DNA of 64,000 bases, taken from contig CAWDXG010000004.1 in NCBI GenBank assembly GCA_963806225.1, positions 2,176,001 to 2,240,000 of the forward strand, in the 5' to 3' direction. This document shows, one piece after another, positions 22,713 through 32,763 of the stretch. Position 1 is the stretch's first letter. Each line of letters starts with the position of its first letter. Both the position numbers and the translations under genes were made by a program. The notes under the pieces are model-generated. The model did not search any database. It was not told where the DNA came from and saw only the letters and a list, made by a program, of their open reading frames with translations. The DNA comes from an uncultured delta proteobacterium (GTDB lineage Bacteria; Myxococcota_A; Polyangia; Polyangiales; Polyangiaceae).

Positions 22713-23600
22713 TCACGAGCACTGCCGGCCGAAAACCTCCGGGACGCCGTGGCGCGAAAGCCAGGCCTCGAGGCGGACGTGGGGCGCGCCCTCGTTGCGC
22801 CGCTGTCTGGCCAACCGGGCCAGCGCGTCGAGCTTGCGCACGAAGATGCGCCGCCGTCCCCCGGTCGCCTGCCACAGTGCATCGCTCTCGCCCGGGTCGA
22901 GCAGGCGCCAGGCGCCCGATGGCAGCTCGCCGAGCTCGAGCGGTCCAATCGAGCGCCGATGGAGCCCGGTCAGGTGGAAGTCGAGCGCCCGACACATGCG
23001 CCGGATCTGTCGGTTTTTGCCTTCGTCGAGCGTGACGAGCAGCTCGGTGAAGTGCTCCGTCCGGTGCTGGACGGCGCAGGCCTTGGCGCGGGCGTCCCGT
23101 CCCAGCACCGGCACGCCCCCGAGCAACGCGCCGAGGCGTGGGTCGTCGTCGGTCACGTGCTCGTCCAGCCACAGCCAGTACACCTTGTCGGTGTGGTGGT
23201 CCGGGCGGAGCACCGCGTTGGCGAGATCGCCGTCGGTGGTGAACAGCAGGAGCCCACTGGTCTCGCGGTCCAGCCGACCTATAGGAAACATCCCGGCGGG
23301 CATCTCGTCGAGCCAGCGCGAGAGATCCGCCTTGCCCCGGGGATCGCGGACGGTCGAGGTCACGCCCAGCGGTTTGTGCAGCATGGCAGTGAGCTGGCGG
23401 TGACGCGGCACAAGCCGGCTATCATCCACGCGGACGTTGTCTTCCTCGAACACCAGCGCGTGCTCGTCCTCCGCGCGCCGGCCGTCGAGCGTCACGCGGC
23501 CCTGCGACAGCGCGGCCCGCACGTCGTTGACCGACAGCGGCGTGCAGTCCCGGAGGTACTTGCCGAGGCGGCGCGGAACGAACACGTCTGTTCTTGTCAT
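22713..23600 (-). CDS. RsuA/RluB-family pseudouridine synthase
   Basis: HKPLGV, PIGRLDRETSGLLLFT, EGKNRQIRRM. Confidence 0.92.
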   Translation of the reverse strand: MTRTDVFVPRRLGKYLRDCTPLSVNDVRAALSQGRVTLDGRRAEDEHALVFEEDNVRVDDSRLVPRHRQLTAMLHKPLGVTSTVRDPRGKADLSRWLDEMPAGMFPIGRLDRETSGLLLFTTDGDLANAVLRPDHHTDKVYWLWLDEHVTDDDPRLGALLGGVPVLGRDARAKACAVQHRTEHFTELLVTLDEGKNRQIRRMCRALDFHLTGLHRRSIGPLELGELPSGAWRLLDPGESDALWQATGGRRRIFVRKLDALARLARQRRNEGAPHVRLEAWLSRHGVPEVFGRQCS

Positions 23601-23959
23601 CGGCTGCGCGGCGACGGCCGGGCACTCTCTGCCGGGCGCGCCCGCCGCGCGCGCTCGATCTCCAGCGAGGCTTTGATGCCCCGGGCGCGTAGCGAGAACC
23701 AGATCAGGCGCTTCCTGTCCATCACGAAGAAACGCTCACCGTGCTTCGCGAGCGCGCGCGGATCGATACGGAAGCCGAGACCGGGGGCGCTTGGCACGCC
23801 GAGCTTGCCGCGCTGGTGGGTGAACGCTTCCTCGAGCAGGCCGTCGCGTGCCGCGGGCACCCAGCCGGGCGGATCGAGCGGATACTCCAGAGCCTTCTCG
23901 CCGACGAAACCGCTGGCGGCCAGCAGCTGCAGGTTCACGGCGAAACCGACGATCGACAT
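23597..23959 (-). pseudogene. C-terminal fragment of a mandelate racemase/muconate lactonising enzyme family protein
   Basis: GFAVNLQL...LEYPLDPPGW...VPSAPGLG resembles the enolase-superfamily C-terminus; only 120 aa. Confidence 0.6.
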
Positions 23960-24086
23960 GCCCCGAGCCTAGCTCCGGAAGCCGCGCGCTTCGAGCCCCA
24001 GCGTGCTTGCAGCGATCAGGCTTCGCCGGTCTTCTGGCGCAAGCTGTTCGGCTGACGCTTCGAGCAGAGCACGCTACTGTCGCCGC

Positions 24087-25001
24087 ATGGTGCAGCAGGT
24101 CACCGACCCCGGGCTTGCCGCGCTGCAGCGCGAGCTCGGCTCCGCCGCGGCCCCGGCGCGGATCACCCAGCCGGCTTTCGACTACGACGATGGGCACCTG
24201 CACCGCCTCGTCCGCCTCGTACCGGGCGAGCCCGCGAAGCCTACCGACCTGGGCGAGTACGCGAACGACCTTCTCTACGCGAGCGAGGTCCAGACGGATC
24301 TGTTCCTCTACCTCCTGCCCACGTGCCTGCAGGCGTTGCGGGATCACCTGCACGGCACAGGCCGCTACGGCGCCTTCGTCGAGAACCTGTATCCGGCGCT
24401 CGCGCACCCGCGAGTCCGCGCGCTGACAAGCGATGAACAGCGCGCGGCGATCTCGGACTACATGGGACGAACGCTGCTCGACGAGATCGACGACCAGCGC
24501 GGACTCTCCTACCGCGGCATGGGAGCGCGGCCGTACCGTTGGGTCGGGGCGCTCACGACCCACGGCGTGCTCTTCCCCGACATCGAGCGACTGTGGACGA
24601 GCTGGTGGTCGCTCGACACGGTCGGACGCGCCGTGGCCGCAATCCAGTACTTTTCCTGCCTGATGTATGCGAACGCGGAAAATCCGGTATTCGCACCGTG
24701 GTCGCGCGACAAGGGCGGCGGCCCGCCGTGTCTGTGGGACTACGAGGGGCATCTCTACGAGCACCGCTGGCTCCAGCCCAACGTCGCGTTCCTCGCGCGC
24801 ACGCTCGAGCCGCGGGGGGTGGAAGCGCTGCTGGCGCGGGCGGTCGATGTGCTCGCCGGCGAGCCGGAGCATGCAGTCGCGACGGCCATGCTCGAAGATC
24901 TCCCGCTGTGCCGCGAGACGCTGGAGGCGCGCTGTCAGGAGCTGCCGCGGCTGCTCGCGACGGTGCAGACGGCGGGCGAGCTGCTCGAGTGGACGAGTTG
25001 A
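24087..25001 (+). CDS. hypothetical protein
   Basis: About 304 aa, high GC3 codon bias, no recognised family. Confidence 0.7.
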   Translation: MVQQVTDPGLAALQRELGSAAAPARITQPAFDYDDGHLHRLVRLVPGEPAKPTDLGEYANDLLYASEVQTDLFLYLLPTCLQALRDHLHGTGRYGAFVENLYPALAHPRVRALTSDEQRAAISDYMGRTLLDEIDDQRGLSYRGMGARPYRWVGALTTHGVLFPDIERLWTSWWSLDTVGRAVAAIQYFSCLMYANAENPVFAPWSRDKGGGPPCLWDYEGHLYEHRWLQPNVAFLARTLEPRGVEALLARAVDVLAGEPEHAVATAMLEDLPLCRETLEARCQELPRLLATVQTAGELLEWTS

Positions 25002-25120
25002 TCGCGCCACGCACCGCCGCACCGGACCGGAGTCACCCACAGCCCGATCCTGCCGCTTTCCGGCGCCCCGCGAAAATAGTCAAAGGGTCGGGCAAATAGC
25101 CGCAGCAGCCCGCCCTTCGG

Positions 25121-26032
25121 TCAGAACAGCCCGTTGATGGTCGTCTTGCGCGACTTGTCCGGGGCCGCACCGCTGGCCTGGCCTGCGCCTGCGCCGCCGC
25201 CGGGGTTCACGCACACGCCGTTCTGCGCGACGCAGTGCTTGGCCTTCGCGCAGACCGAGGACTGCGCGCAGTCGGCAGACGAGGCGACGACGCACTTGCC
25301 CTCCTTCATGGTGCAGTTGCCTTCCAGCTTGCAGCGGGCGGATTGCCTGCAGCTCGCGCTCGACGCCGCGACGCACACGCCGTCCTTCGAAGTGCACAGG
25401 CCATCGCTGGAGCACGCCCCAGCCTGTTTGCAGTCCTCGTCGCTGGCCGCGCACTTCCCGTCCTTGGCCGAGCACTGCGCCCCCTTCTTGCACGCCACCG
25501 AGCGCTTGCAGTCGTCGTCGGAGACGGCCACGCACTTCCCGTCCTTCGCCTGACAGCGGCCGAGCTTCGCGCAGGGGCTCTCGGGCTCGGGCTTGTCGGC
25601 GCTCGCTCCCGCGCAGTGGTAGGCCGACAGTGCCACGCACTTGCCGTTCTCGAGCGCGCAGCGTCCCTCGGACGCGCAGGTCTTGCTGCACTCGATGGCG
25701 GTGGAGTGCTTCGGATCCACGCACACGCTCCGATATGCGCTGCACAAGCCGCGCTTCGTGCAGTCCTCGGAGCCCTTGCAGTTGTCGTCGGACGCCACCA
25801 CGCACGCGCCGTCCTTGGCCGTGCACTTGCCGTGGAGCCTGCAGTCGGCGGAGGGCTTGCAGTCCTCGTTCGAGCCGACCTTGCACACGCCTTTTGGATC
25901 CGCCGTGCACTTGCCGTGCTCCTTGCACTCCGGCACCGTCTTGCAACGGTCCTTGTCGTCGCAGCCCGCCGTCGCGAGCACGACCCATACGCACCACACC
26001 CACCCCACGGCCAAGAGTCCCCGACGCAGCAT
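25121..26032 (-). CDS. Cys-rich repeat lipoprotein
   Basis: Lipobox TAGC, then about 9 repeats of C..S..C...G.C..KDG.CV..S. Confidence 0.8.
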   Translation of the reverse strand: MLRRGLLAVGWVWCVWVVLATAGCDDKDRCKTVPECKEHGKCTADPKGVCKVGSNEDCKPSADCRLHGKCTAKDGACVVASDDNCKGSEDCTKRGLCSAYRSVCVDPKHSTAIECSKTCASEGRCALENGKCVALSAYHCAGASADKPEPESPCAKLGRCQAKDGKCVAVSDDDCKRSVACKKGAQCSAKDGKCAASDEDCKQAGACSSDGLCTSKDGVCVAASSASCRQSARCKLEGNCTMKEGKCVVASSADCAQSSVCAKAKHCVAQNGVCVNPGGGAGAGQASGAAPDKSRKTTINGLF

Positions 26033-26246
26033 GCGCGCGAGTGTAGCCTGGTTTGCGGCTGGGCGGCACGAAGCTTCCGGATTCGGCCAGGCCAGGGGCT
26101 GGCCTCCGCGCTGCCGGCCCCGGGCGCCGGGGCAGCGGCGACGGGGGTGCAGCCGTGTGTTGACGACGACGCGCAGGCATGGCCAACCTCGGCACGAAGC
26201 GGTTCGACCACCGTCGGGGCGCTGTGGAATCACAGGAGGGGGAATC

Positions 26247-26564
26247 ATGCGGCTGATGATGCGAGCCCGACTTCCAGCCGAGCCGTTCGACACGTACGTT
26301 CGTCAGGGAACGATCAGAGCTCTGGTGAACCGGATCCTCGAGGAGACGAAGCCCCAAGTCGTCTACTTCACCGAGGAAGAAGGCTGGCGCGAAGCGCTGG
26401 TGATCACGGAGGTCGACCGACCTTCGGGTATTCCGGCTCTTTCGGAGCCGTGGCTCCTGAACTTCAACGCCGAGTGCGAGTTCCGCGTGGCGATGTTACC
26501 GGACGATCTCCAGGAATCGCATCTGGAAGCTCCCAGCAAGAAGTGGGGCACCGCGAGCCCCTAG
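26247..26564 (+). CDS. small conserved protein (GYD/DUF3303-like)
   Basis: AGGAGG RBS; ILEETKPQVVYFTE...IPALSEPWLLNFNAECEFRVAM. Confidence 0.7.
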   Translation: MRLMMRARLPAEPFDTYVRQGTIRALVNRILEETKPQVVYFTEEEGWREALVITEVDRPSGIPALSEPWLLNFNAECEFRVAMLPDDLQESHLEAPSKKWGTASP

Positions 26565-26603
26565 GCACCGCCGCTGCGTAGCATCCCGGCACCAGTTACG
26601 GCC

Positions 26604-27119
26604 ATGCCCGCGCTGCCGTCGGACACCGAGCGCCTGCACTTCGCCTGGTGGCGCGAGAGCGATCTGGGCGACGCGCTTTCCCTGTGGGGCGATCCCGAGG
26701 TGACAGCGCCACGACACGCGAGCCTCTTTCTGGAGCGCAGGTGGCCCAGCGACTGCGCACCGAGATCGACAACGCGGCCCGCCTCGGCGTGCAGTACTGG
26801 CGCCTCGAGCACCGCGACAACGGCAGCTTCGTCGGCTGCTGCGGCCTGCGCCCCTACCCCCGGGAGCCCGAAGGCGCCTGGGAGGTCGGCTTCCACCTGC
26901 GCCGCGCGTGTTGGGGACAGGGCTACGCCAGCGAAGCAGGCCACTCTGTCCGCGACGTCGCCTTTCGAAACCCTCCGCACCCGCGAGCTCTACGCCGGCC
27001 ACCACCCCGACAACCACGCCTCCCGCCGCCTCCTCGAGAAGTTCGGCTTCGCCAAGATCGACAAGCAGCTTTATCCCCCGACGGGGTTGGTGCATCCCTG
27101 GTATCGGCTGGAGCGGTGA
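26604..27119 (+). pseudogene. RimJ/RimL GNAT acetyltransferase with two compensating frameshifts
   Basis: TERL...WGDPEV and NHASRRLLEKFGF are in one frame; FVGCCGL...EVGFHL..WGQGYASEA is in another (shifts near 26710 and 26964). Confidence 0.8.
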
Positions 27120-27183
27120 CGGCTGGGGCACCGGCCGCGGAGCTCACAGGCAGCGAGAGCCAGAGCGCCCCGGGCGCGGGCGC

Positions 27184-28386
27184 TCAGTTCCAGCCGAGGT
27201 CCTTCGCCAGTGTCGCCTGCAGCAGCTGCGCCATCTTCTGGTGCGTCTTTGCGCTGGGGTGCCAGTCGCAACCGTAGCCGTCGGCGCTGGACTGCGTGGC
27301 GAACTCGAGCAGCGCGATGTTCTGGTCGCCCTGCTGCTTACGCTGGCTGATGACCTGCTGGAGATAGGTGCGCGCGGAATCGAGCGACGAGCCGGAGAGC
27401 ATGGGGCCGAGAGCGCAGTAGATGCGAGCCGCCGGGTACTTGTCGCGCAGGTGCTGGGCGAACGCCACGTACGCGCTGACGAACGGTTGCCCCGGGTCGC
27501 CCTTCGCGAAGTCGTTGGTGCCGAGATTCACGACGACCGCTGCCGGGACGAAGCGACTGAAGTCCCAGCTGCTGCCGGAGGACGCCGGGAGCGTCAGGCC
27601 GTAGCGCGCGGGCATGTTGTTCGAGGTGTCGCCGCCGTAGTCGCGGTACATGCCAATGCCCGACCAGGCAATCGTAACGAGATCGGCGCCCAGCGCCTTG
27701 GCGGCGAGGGCCTCGTAGGTCTCCTCGTGGTTCTCGGTGGCTGCGCTGAACGAGCAGTTCTGGTCCGCTCCCTCGACGCCGTAGCCGGCGGTGATGGAGT
27801 CGCCGACAACTTCCAGACGTTGGCCTGGTGCAGCGGGCGGAGCGAGCAGGGTTCCGCCGGCGCCGAAGTCGAAGCCATGGAACGTGGTCACCCCTTCGAA
27901 GGCCTCCGTCCGGCGATACACGCTGACGAGGTGCGTCCCGCTGCCCAGGCCACTCGCGAGCGGGTACGAGCTCGACGCCGCGGAAGTGTGGACCTCGCTG
28001 ACCTGGCCATCGACGACGACCTGGAAGTAGTTGCCGCTGCTGGAAGGGTCGTCGAGCTGTAGCGTGACGCTGTCACCGCTGAAGCGCGCCTGCATCTCGC
28101 TGCCCGACCAGGCGAAGCGCGAGGCGGCATCCTTCGTGAAGCGTCCGACCAGGCGCACCGCCGGCTGGGCGATGCTGCCGCCGCTGCCCGCTGCCCCGCC
28201 CGCGCCGCCCGTGCCGCCGCTTCCGCCCGCGTCCACAGCTCCTGCACTGCCGCCGTGGCCGCCCGCTCCAGTGCCAGCGGAGCCTCCGGAGCCGGCACCG
28301 CCGCCACCCGGGCTCGCTCCCGACCCACATCCCGATGCCATCGCGAGCACGCAAGCGATACCCGCAGCACGAAGCCAACCGGACAT
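27184..28386 (-). CDS. SGNH/GDSL esterase, carbohydrate esterase family 2-like lipoprotein
   Basis: Lipobox, Gly-rich linker, RRTEA, GDSITAGYG, AWSGIG, NLGTND, GCDWHPS. Confidence 0.9.
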   Translation of the reverse strand: MSGWLRAAGIACVLAMASGCGSGASPGGGGAGSGGSAGTGAGGHGGSAGAVDAGGSGGTGGAGGAAGSGGSIAQPAVRLVGRFTKDAASRFAWSGSEMQARFSGDSVTLQLDDPSSSGNYFQVVVDGQVSEVHTSAASSSYPLASGLGSGTHLVSVYRRTEAFEGVTTFHGFDFGAGGTLLAPPAAPGQRLEVVGDSITAGYGVEGADQNCSFSAATENHEETYEALAAKALGADLVTIAWSGIGMYRDYGGDTSNNMPARYGLTLPASSGSSWDFSRFVPAAVVVNLGTNDFAKGDPGQPFVSAYVAFAQHLRDKYPAARIYCALGPMLSGSSLDSARTYLQQVISQRKQQGDQNIALLEFATQSSADGYGCDWHPSAKTHQKMAQLLQATLAKDLGWN

Positions 28387-28459
28387 GACGTCATCGTCGC
28401 ACGCGGCGACTCGACGGGGAAGCTGGGCTAGGCTCGCGTAACAGGCCGCCGGGCTGACC

Positions 28460-29569
28460 ATGTACCGCTCGCTCACCGCCCAGACCCTGCACTACTTCGC
28501 GCGTCCGCACTGGAACGTGCGCCGGACGCCCATTGCCGGAGTGGCCGCGTGGCGTGGCGCGGAGCTGGCCGGGCAGACGAGCTGGCGCGTGGCTCTTTCG
28601 CCCCGGCAGATCGAGGAGCTCGAGCGCGCGATCGAAAGCGCGCGCGCCACCGGCAGGCCCACTCGGTCGCTGCGGCGTCGCGATTTCCCGCTGCCCACCC
28701 TGACCCGCGAGATCGATCGCTGGCGTCGCGACATGATCGATGGGCGGGGCTTCGTGGTGCTGGGCGGGCTGCCGGTCGAGCGCTGGGGCGTCGCCGACAC
28801 CGAGCTGTTCTTCTGGTGCTTCGGCCTGCATCTTGGAACGCCGGGCGCCCAGAACCCGCAGGGCGATCTGCTCGGACACGTCCGCGATCTGGGCGACGAC
28901 CCGCGCGAGGTGCGCGCCTACCGCACGAGCTCGACCATCGCCTACCACTGCGACGCGGCGGACGTTGTGGGGCTTCTGTGCCTGAGCCGGGCGAAGCGCG
29001 GCGGACTGAGCCGTATCGTCAGCTCGGTGACGGTCTACAACGAGCTCGTCGCGCGACGCCCCGATCTCGTCAAGCGGCTGTACGAGCCCTTCCTGCTCGA
29101 CACCCACGGCGAGGGGGGAGTCGACTACTTCGCCATCCCTCCCGCGCGCCACCTCGACGGCCGGCTCAGGACCTTCTGGCACGCCGACTACTTCAGGAGC
29201 GCGCTCGAGTACACGGACGTCGCGCCCTACGACGCAGCCGGCGCCGAGCTGCTCGAACTCTACGATGGTATCGCGTCGGAGCCCGGGCTCTACCTGGACA
29301 TGGACCTGGTGCCTGGCGACGTGCAGCTCTTGAGCAACCACACGATCCTCCACGGCCGCACCGCGTACGAGGACCCCCCGGAACCGGAGCGGCGGCGGCA
29401 CCTGCTGCGCCTGTGGCTGTCGCTCGACCGGGCTCACTCGGCGCGCGAGCGCGCGCTCGGTGCGCTGGGCTACGCGGACCTCGTGCGGCGGCTCGCGCGC
29501 GCGAAACTGCACCGCTGGTCCGGCGGCGCATCGCTCCGCCGCGCTGCTACTTCCCCTGGGTCTTCTTGA
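28460..29569 (+). CDS. TauD/TfdA-family 2OG/Fe(II) dioxygenase
   Basis: YHCDAAD, NHTILHGRT, RHLLRLWL. Confidence 0.9.
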   Translation: MYRSLTAQTLHYFARPHWNVRRTPIAGVAAWRGAELAGQTSWRVALSPRQIEELERAIESARATGRPTRSLRRRDFPLPTLTREIDRWRRDMIDGRGFVVLGGLPVERWGVADTELFFWCFGLHLGTPGAQNPQGDLLGHVRDLGDDPREVRAYRTSSTIAYHCDAADVVGLLCLSRAKRGGLSRIVSSVTVYNELVARRPDLVKRLYEPFLLDTHGEGGVDYFAIPPARHLDGRLRTFWHADYFRSALEYTDVAPYDAAGAELLELYDGIASEPGLYLDMDLVPGDVQLLSNHTILHGRTAYEDPPEPERRRHLLRLWLSLDRAHSARERALGALGYADLVRRLARAKLHRWSGGASLRRAATSPGSS

Positions 29570-29617
29570 ACTGATCCGTCAGCTTTCGCTGACCCGCGGA
29601 CCGCCGAGGCGTGGCGC

Positions 29618-30061
29618 TCACGCCTTGCGCGGCTCGACCTCGACGCGCACGTCGAGGCCGTCGCGCACGCTCTGTGTCACGACGCAGAAGTCCTCGAAGG
29701 TCTCGAGGCACTTGGTGTACTGGCTGGCATCGCCGGGCAGCGCGGGGTGCAGCTTCACCGCGACGTGGCCGATGCGCAGGCGGCGGCTTTCGTTCCGCAC
29801 CAGCTCGACGTGGACGTCGGTCTCGAGGCCGCTGAGCTCGACGCCGGCCTGCTTCTTCAGACAGAACACCAGGCTGGCGGAGAGGCAGTTGGCGATGGCC
29901 GCGGCCATCACGCGCGCGGCGTTCGGGGCGGCATCGCCTCCGAGCGGCGGCGGCTCGTCGAAGCGTAGCTCCTCGAACTGCTCCTTGTCGAAGCGGACAG
30001 CGAACTCGTAGCCTTCGAGCTGACGAACCGAGAGATCGAACTCGGCGACTTTCTGCGGCAT
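29618..30061 (-). CDS. OsmC family protein
   Basis: DEPPPLGG, AIANCLSASL, FEDFCVVTQSV. Confidence 0.88.
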   Translation of the reverse strand: MPQKVAEFDLSVRQLEGYEFAVRFDKEQFEELRFDEPPPLGGDAAPNAARVMAAAIANCLSASLVFCLKKQAGVELSGLETDVHVELVRNESRRLRIGHVAVKLHPALPGDASQYTKCLETFEDFCVVTQSVRDGLDVRVEVEPRKA

Positions 30062-30069
30062 GGGCGACC

Positions 30070-30453
30070 TCAAGAGGCTTGTGCAGCCTGCGTCTTCTTC
30101 GCCTCGTCGACCTTGCGCTTGACCTCGATCATGTCGAGCCCTCGCACCTGCTCGACGAGCTTCTGCAGCGCGAGCGCGGGCACCATGCCCGGCTGCTCGA
30201 ACAGCAGGATACCATCGCGGAACACCATCAGCGTCGGAATCGAACGGACATTGAAGGCGCCGGCCAGCTCCTGCTCGGCGTCCGTGTCGATCTTGCCCCA
30301 GGTAATGTCCGGGTTTGCAGCCGCGGCGCGCTCGTACACGGGCGCGAACATCCGGCACGGCCCGCACCATGACGCCCACCAGTCGATGAAGACAATGCCT
30401 TCGCCGGAGACCGTGGCTTCGAAGTTTTCCTTGGTGAGCTCGGTGGTGTGCAT
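30070..30453 (-). CDS. trxA: thioredoxin
   Basis: WASWCGPC, SIPTLM. Confidence 0.93.
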   Translation of the reverse strand: MHTTELTKENFEATVSGEGIVFIDWWASWCGPCRMFAPVYERAAAANPDITWGKIDTDAEQELAGAFNVRSIPTLMVFRDGILLFEQPGMVPALALQKLVEQVRGLDMIEVKRKVDEAKKTQAAQAS

Positions 30454-30578
30454 GGTTCCTTCCGTCCTTCCCCAAATTGGAGCCACGTAGGCGAAAATGG
30501 GTTCAAGACGCCGCCCGGTCAGCCGGCGCTATGCTGGCGTCAACCGCGCTGGCTCGTTACCCTTCTCCTGGTGGGTGC

Positions 30579-31073
30579 ATGGGTGATCTGAAGAAAGCCG
30601 CCGGCCAGATGTCCGGCAAGGCCGCGCTCGCGACCGCCAGGGATGCCGCCGCGCGTGCCATCCAGGACGTGCTGTCAACCGATGAGGAGCGCGCCGCAAG
30701 GGAGGCGGAACGGGCTGCAGCGGCGAAGCGCAAGCGCACCAAGTGGATAGTCCTCGGAGTGATCGGCTTGCTGGTGCTGATCGGCGTGATCGGGATGGCG
30801 CTCCACTACTGGCATTGGTTCCTGCTCCTGGGGCTCGTCGCGCTGGCGACCCTGTACGGCCAGTACCGCTGGCGCAGGTTCCGCAAGTCGGAGAAGAACG
30901 CCGACAAGAAGGCGGAGCCTGCCCGTGCGCAGCAGAGCCGCACGAGGCCCGAGCCCCGTGGTGCGCCCCCGGTGGCGCCCCCGCCGATCGTCGAGGAAGT
31001 GGATGCGGAGCCCGACGCCTCGATCGAAGACGAGCTCGCCGCACTGAAGGCGCGCGTCAAGAAGCAGGGTTGA
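30579..31073 (+). CDS. hypothetical membrane protein
   Basis: Two TM segments and a C-terminal IEDELAALKARV. Confidence 0.7.
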   Translation: MGDLKKAAGQMSGKAALATARDAAARAIQDVLSTDEERAAREAERAAAAKRKRTKWIVLGVIGLLVLIGVIGMALHYWHWFLLLGLVALATLYGQYRWRRFRKSEKNADKKAEPARAQQSRTRPEPRGAPPVAPPPIVEEVDAEPDASIEDELAALKARVKKQG

Positions 31074-31156
31074 AGGGCGCGCGTCCCGATAGCGCGAAGA
31101 GCGGCTGGAGCCAGACTGTTTCGCCGTGTTCCGGCCTGTGGCACTGTGCACGCCGC

Positions 31157-32155
31157 ATGCGAACCGCGTTCGTTACCGGCGCGACCGGCTTCCTCGGTTG
31201 CGAGCTCGCGCGCCAGCTCGCCGAGCGTCGCGTCGCCGTGACGGCGCTGACCCGCACGGGCGCGCTGCCGGGCGGACTGGAGGCGATGGGCGTCCGGCCG
31301 CTGGCGGGGGATCTCGACGACGCGAAGCTACTGGAGAGCGCGCTCGCGGACGTGGACGCCGTATTCCACGTGGCCGCCAACGTCGGCATGTGGCGCGGCC
31401 GCTGGGCGGAGAGCTTCCGCACCAACGTGATCGGCACGCGCACGATGGTTGACGCCGCGCTCGCGGGTCGCGTCGGGATCTTCGTACACACGTCCTCCGC
31501 CAGCACGATCGGCAAGCCGCCCGAGGCGCAGCAGGGCGTGGAGGTCCGCGTCGACGAGCACAGCGACTACAACCTGGAGCCGCTGCAGATGGTGTATCCG
31601 CACACCAAGTGGCTCGCCGAGCAGGAGGTGCTGCGCGGCGCCGGAGAGGGCCTTTCCGCGGTCATCGCCCATCCGACCGCCGTGTTCGGGCCGGGCGACT
31701 GGAAGCACAATCTGCTGCCGCTGTTCCGCGCCGCCAAGCGCGGCACCGCGCTGGCCGTGCCGCGCGGCATCCGGACCACGTGTGACGTGCGCGACGTTGC
31801 ACGCGCGCACCTCGCGCTGGCAGAGCGCGGTCGCCCCGGCGAGCGCTACATCCTCGGCGGCGAGTCGTTGTCGGTGCGCGACCTCATGACGCGGATCGCC
31901 CGCGTGGTGGGCGGGCGCCGGCCGCTCTTCACCCTGCCCGACGCGGCAATCCTGCGCGTGGGCGCGCTGATGGACGCGGTCGCGGAGGCTACTGGTCGCC
32001 CACCGGTGCTGAGCCGCGAGATGGCGCTCCAGAGCACCTTCACCGCGCGCCTGTCGAGCGACAAGGCCGCCCGCGAGATCGGCTACGCCTCCCGCCCGCT
32101 CGGCGAGTCCCTCCGCGACGCAGCCGCATGGTATCGCGCACGGGGCCTCATGTAG
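31157..32155 (+). CDS. NAD-dependent epimerase/dehydratase (dihydroflavonol reductase/HpnA-like)
   Basis: VTGATGFLG, YPHTK, GRPGERYILGG. Confidence 0.9.
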   Translation: MRTAFVTGATGFLGCELARQLAERRVAVTALTRTGALPGGLEAMGVRPLAGDLDDAKLLESALADVDAVFHVAANVGMWRGRWAESFRTNVIGTRTMVDAALAGRVGIFVHTSSASTIGKPPEAQQGVEVRVDEHSDYNLEPLQMVYPHTKWLAEQEVLRGAGEGLSAVIAHPTAVFGPGDWKHNLLPLFRAAKRGTALAVPRGIRTTCDVRDVARAHLALAERGRPGERYILGGESLSVRDLMTRIARVVGGRRPLFTLPDAAILRVGALMDAVAEATGRPPVLSREMALQSTFTARLSSDKAAREIGYASRPLGESLRDAAAWYRARGLM

Positions 32156-32651
32156 CGGCGGGTGACCGCTGCCAGGCATCCAGCACGACCTGGTAGATTT
32201 CCGTGGAGGGGTCATGCGTGACGTCCTCGGTGGCCCATGCGGGCGGGGAGACCTGCTCGCCGGGCTGGGGCTCGATCAGGACGAAGGGGCCGTTCTCGAT
32301 CGGATGGTCGAACTCCACCAGCTCCATGGGGCGCCCGCCCACGCGCAGCTTGCTCCGGGAGTAGCGCGCGCGGAAGGGCGCACCGCGGAGGAGCCCTTCC
32401 GCTTCGTCCTTCGGGAGCGGTGTCACCTGACGCTTCGACGGATTCGCATGCCAGACCACGTGGTTCGCGCTGCCCACGCCCTCCCCGAGCCGGACGATTT
32501 CAATGAGGGTCGCGTAGGCGCCCGCGTCCGCCACCACACCGATTTCCACTACGGTCGCGCCAAGCCGGGTGAACGGCACATCCAGCCCTGCGCGGACCCG
32601 GAACCGGAGTGTCCTGCCGGAGCGGCTGGACGGGGGTTCGTTCAACGTCAC
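32148..32651 (-). CDS. divergent CYTH-like protein
   Basis: EAEGLL...MELVEF...PPAWATEDVTHDP resembles a CYTH C-terminal half. Confidence 0.45.
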   Translation of the reverse strand: MTLNEPPSSRSGRTLRFRVRAGLDVPFTRLGATVVEIGVVADAGAYATLIEIVRLGEGVGSANHVVWHANPSKRQVTPLPKDEAEGLLRGAPFRARYSRSKLRVGGRPMELVEFDHPIENGPFVLIEPQPGEQVSPPAWATEDVTHDPSTEIYQVVLDAWQRSPAAT

Positions 32652-32763
32652 GCTCCAGAGCCCATTCGATGCCTCGCAGCCATACCCTAGCGTACGACGT
32701 TCCCGTCGCGGGATCGATGCCCGGCGTTCAGCTGCAAGTAGCCAGGGACGCCCGCGGGCACAC

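Noticed and set aside
25121..26032. CRISPR-like periodic repeats
   Set aside because: The repeats are degenerate, in-frame and protein-coding; there are no identical repeats with spacers and no cas genes.
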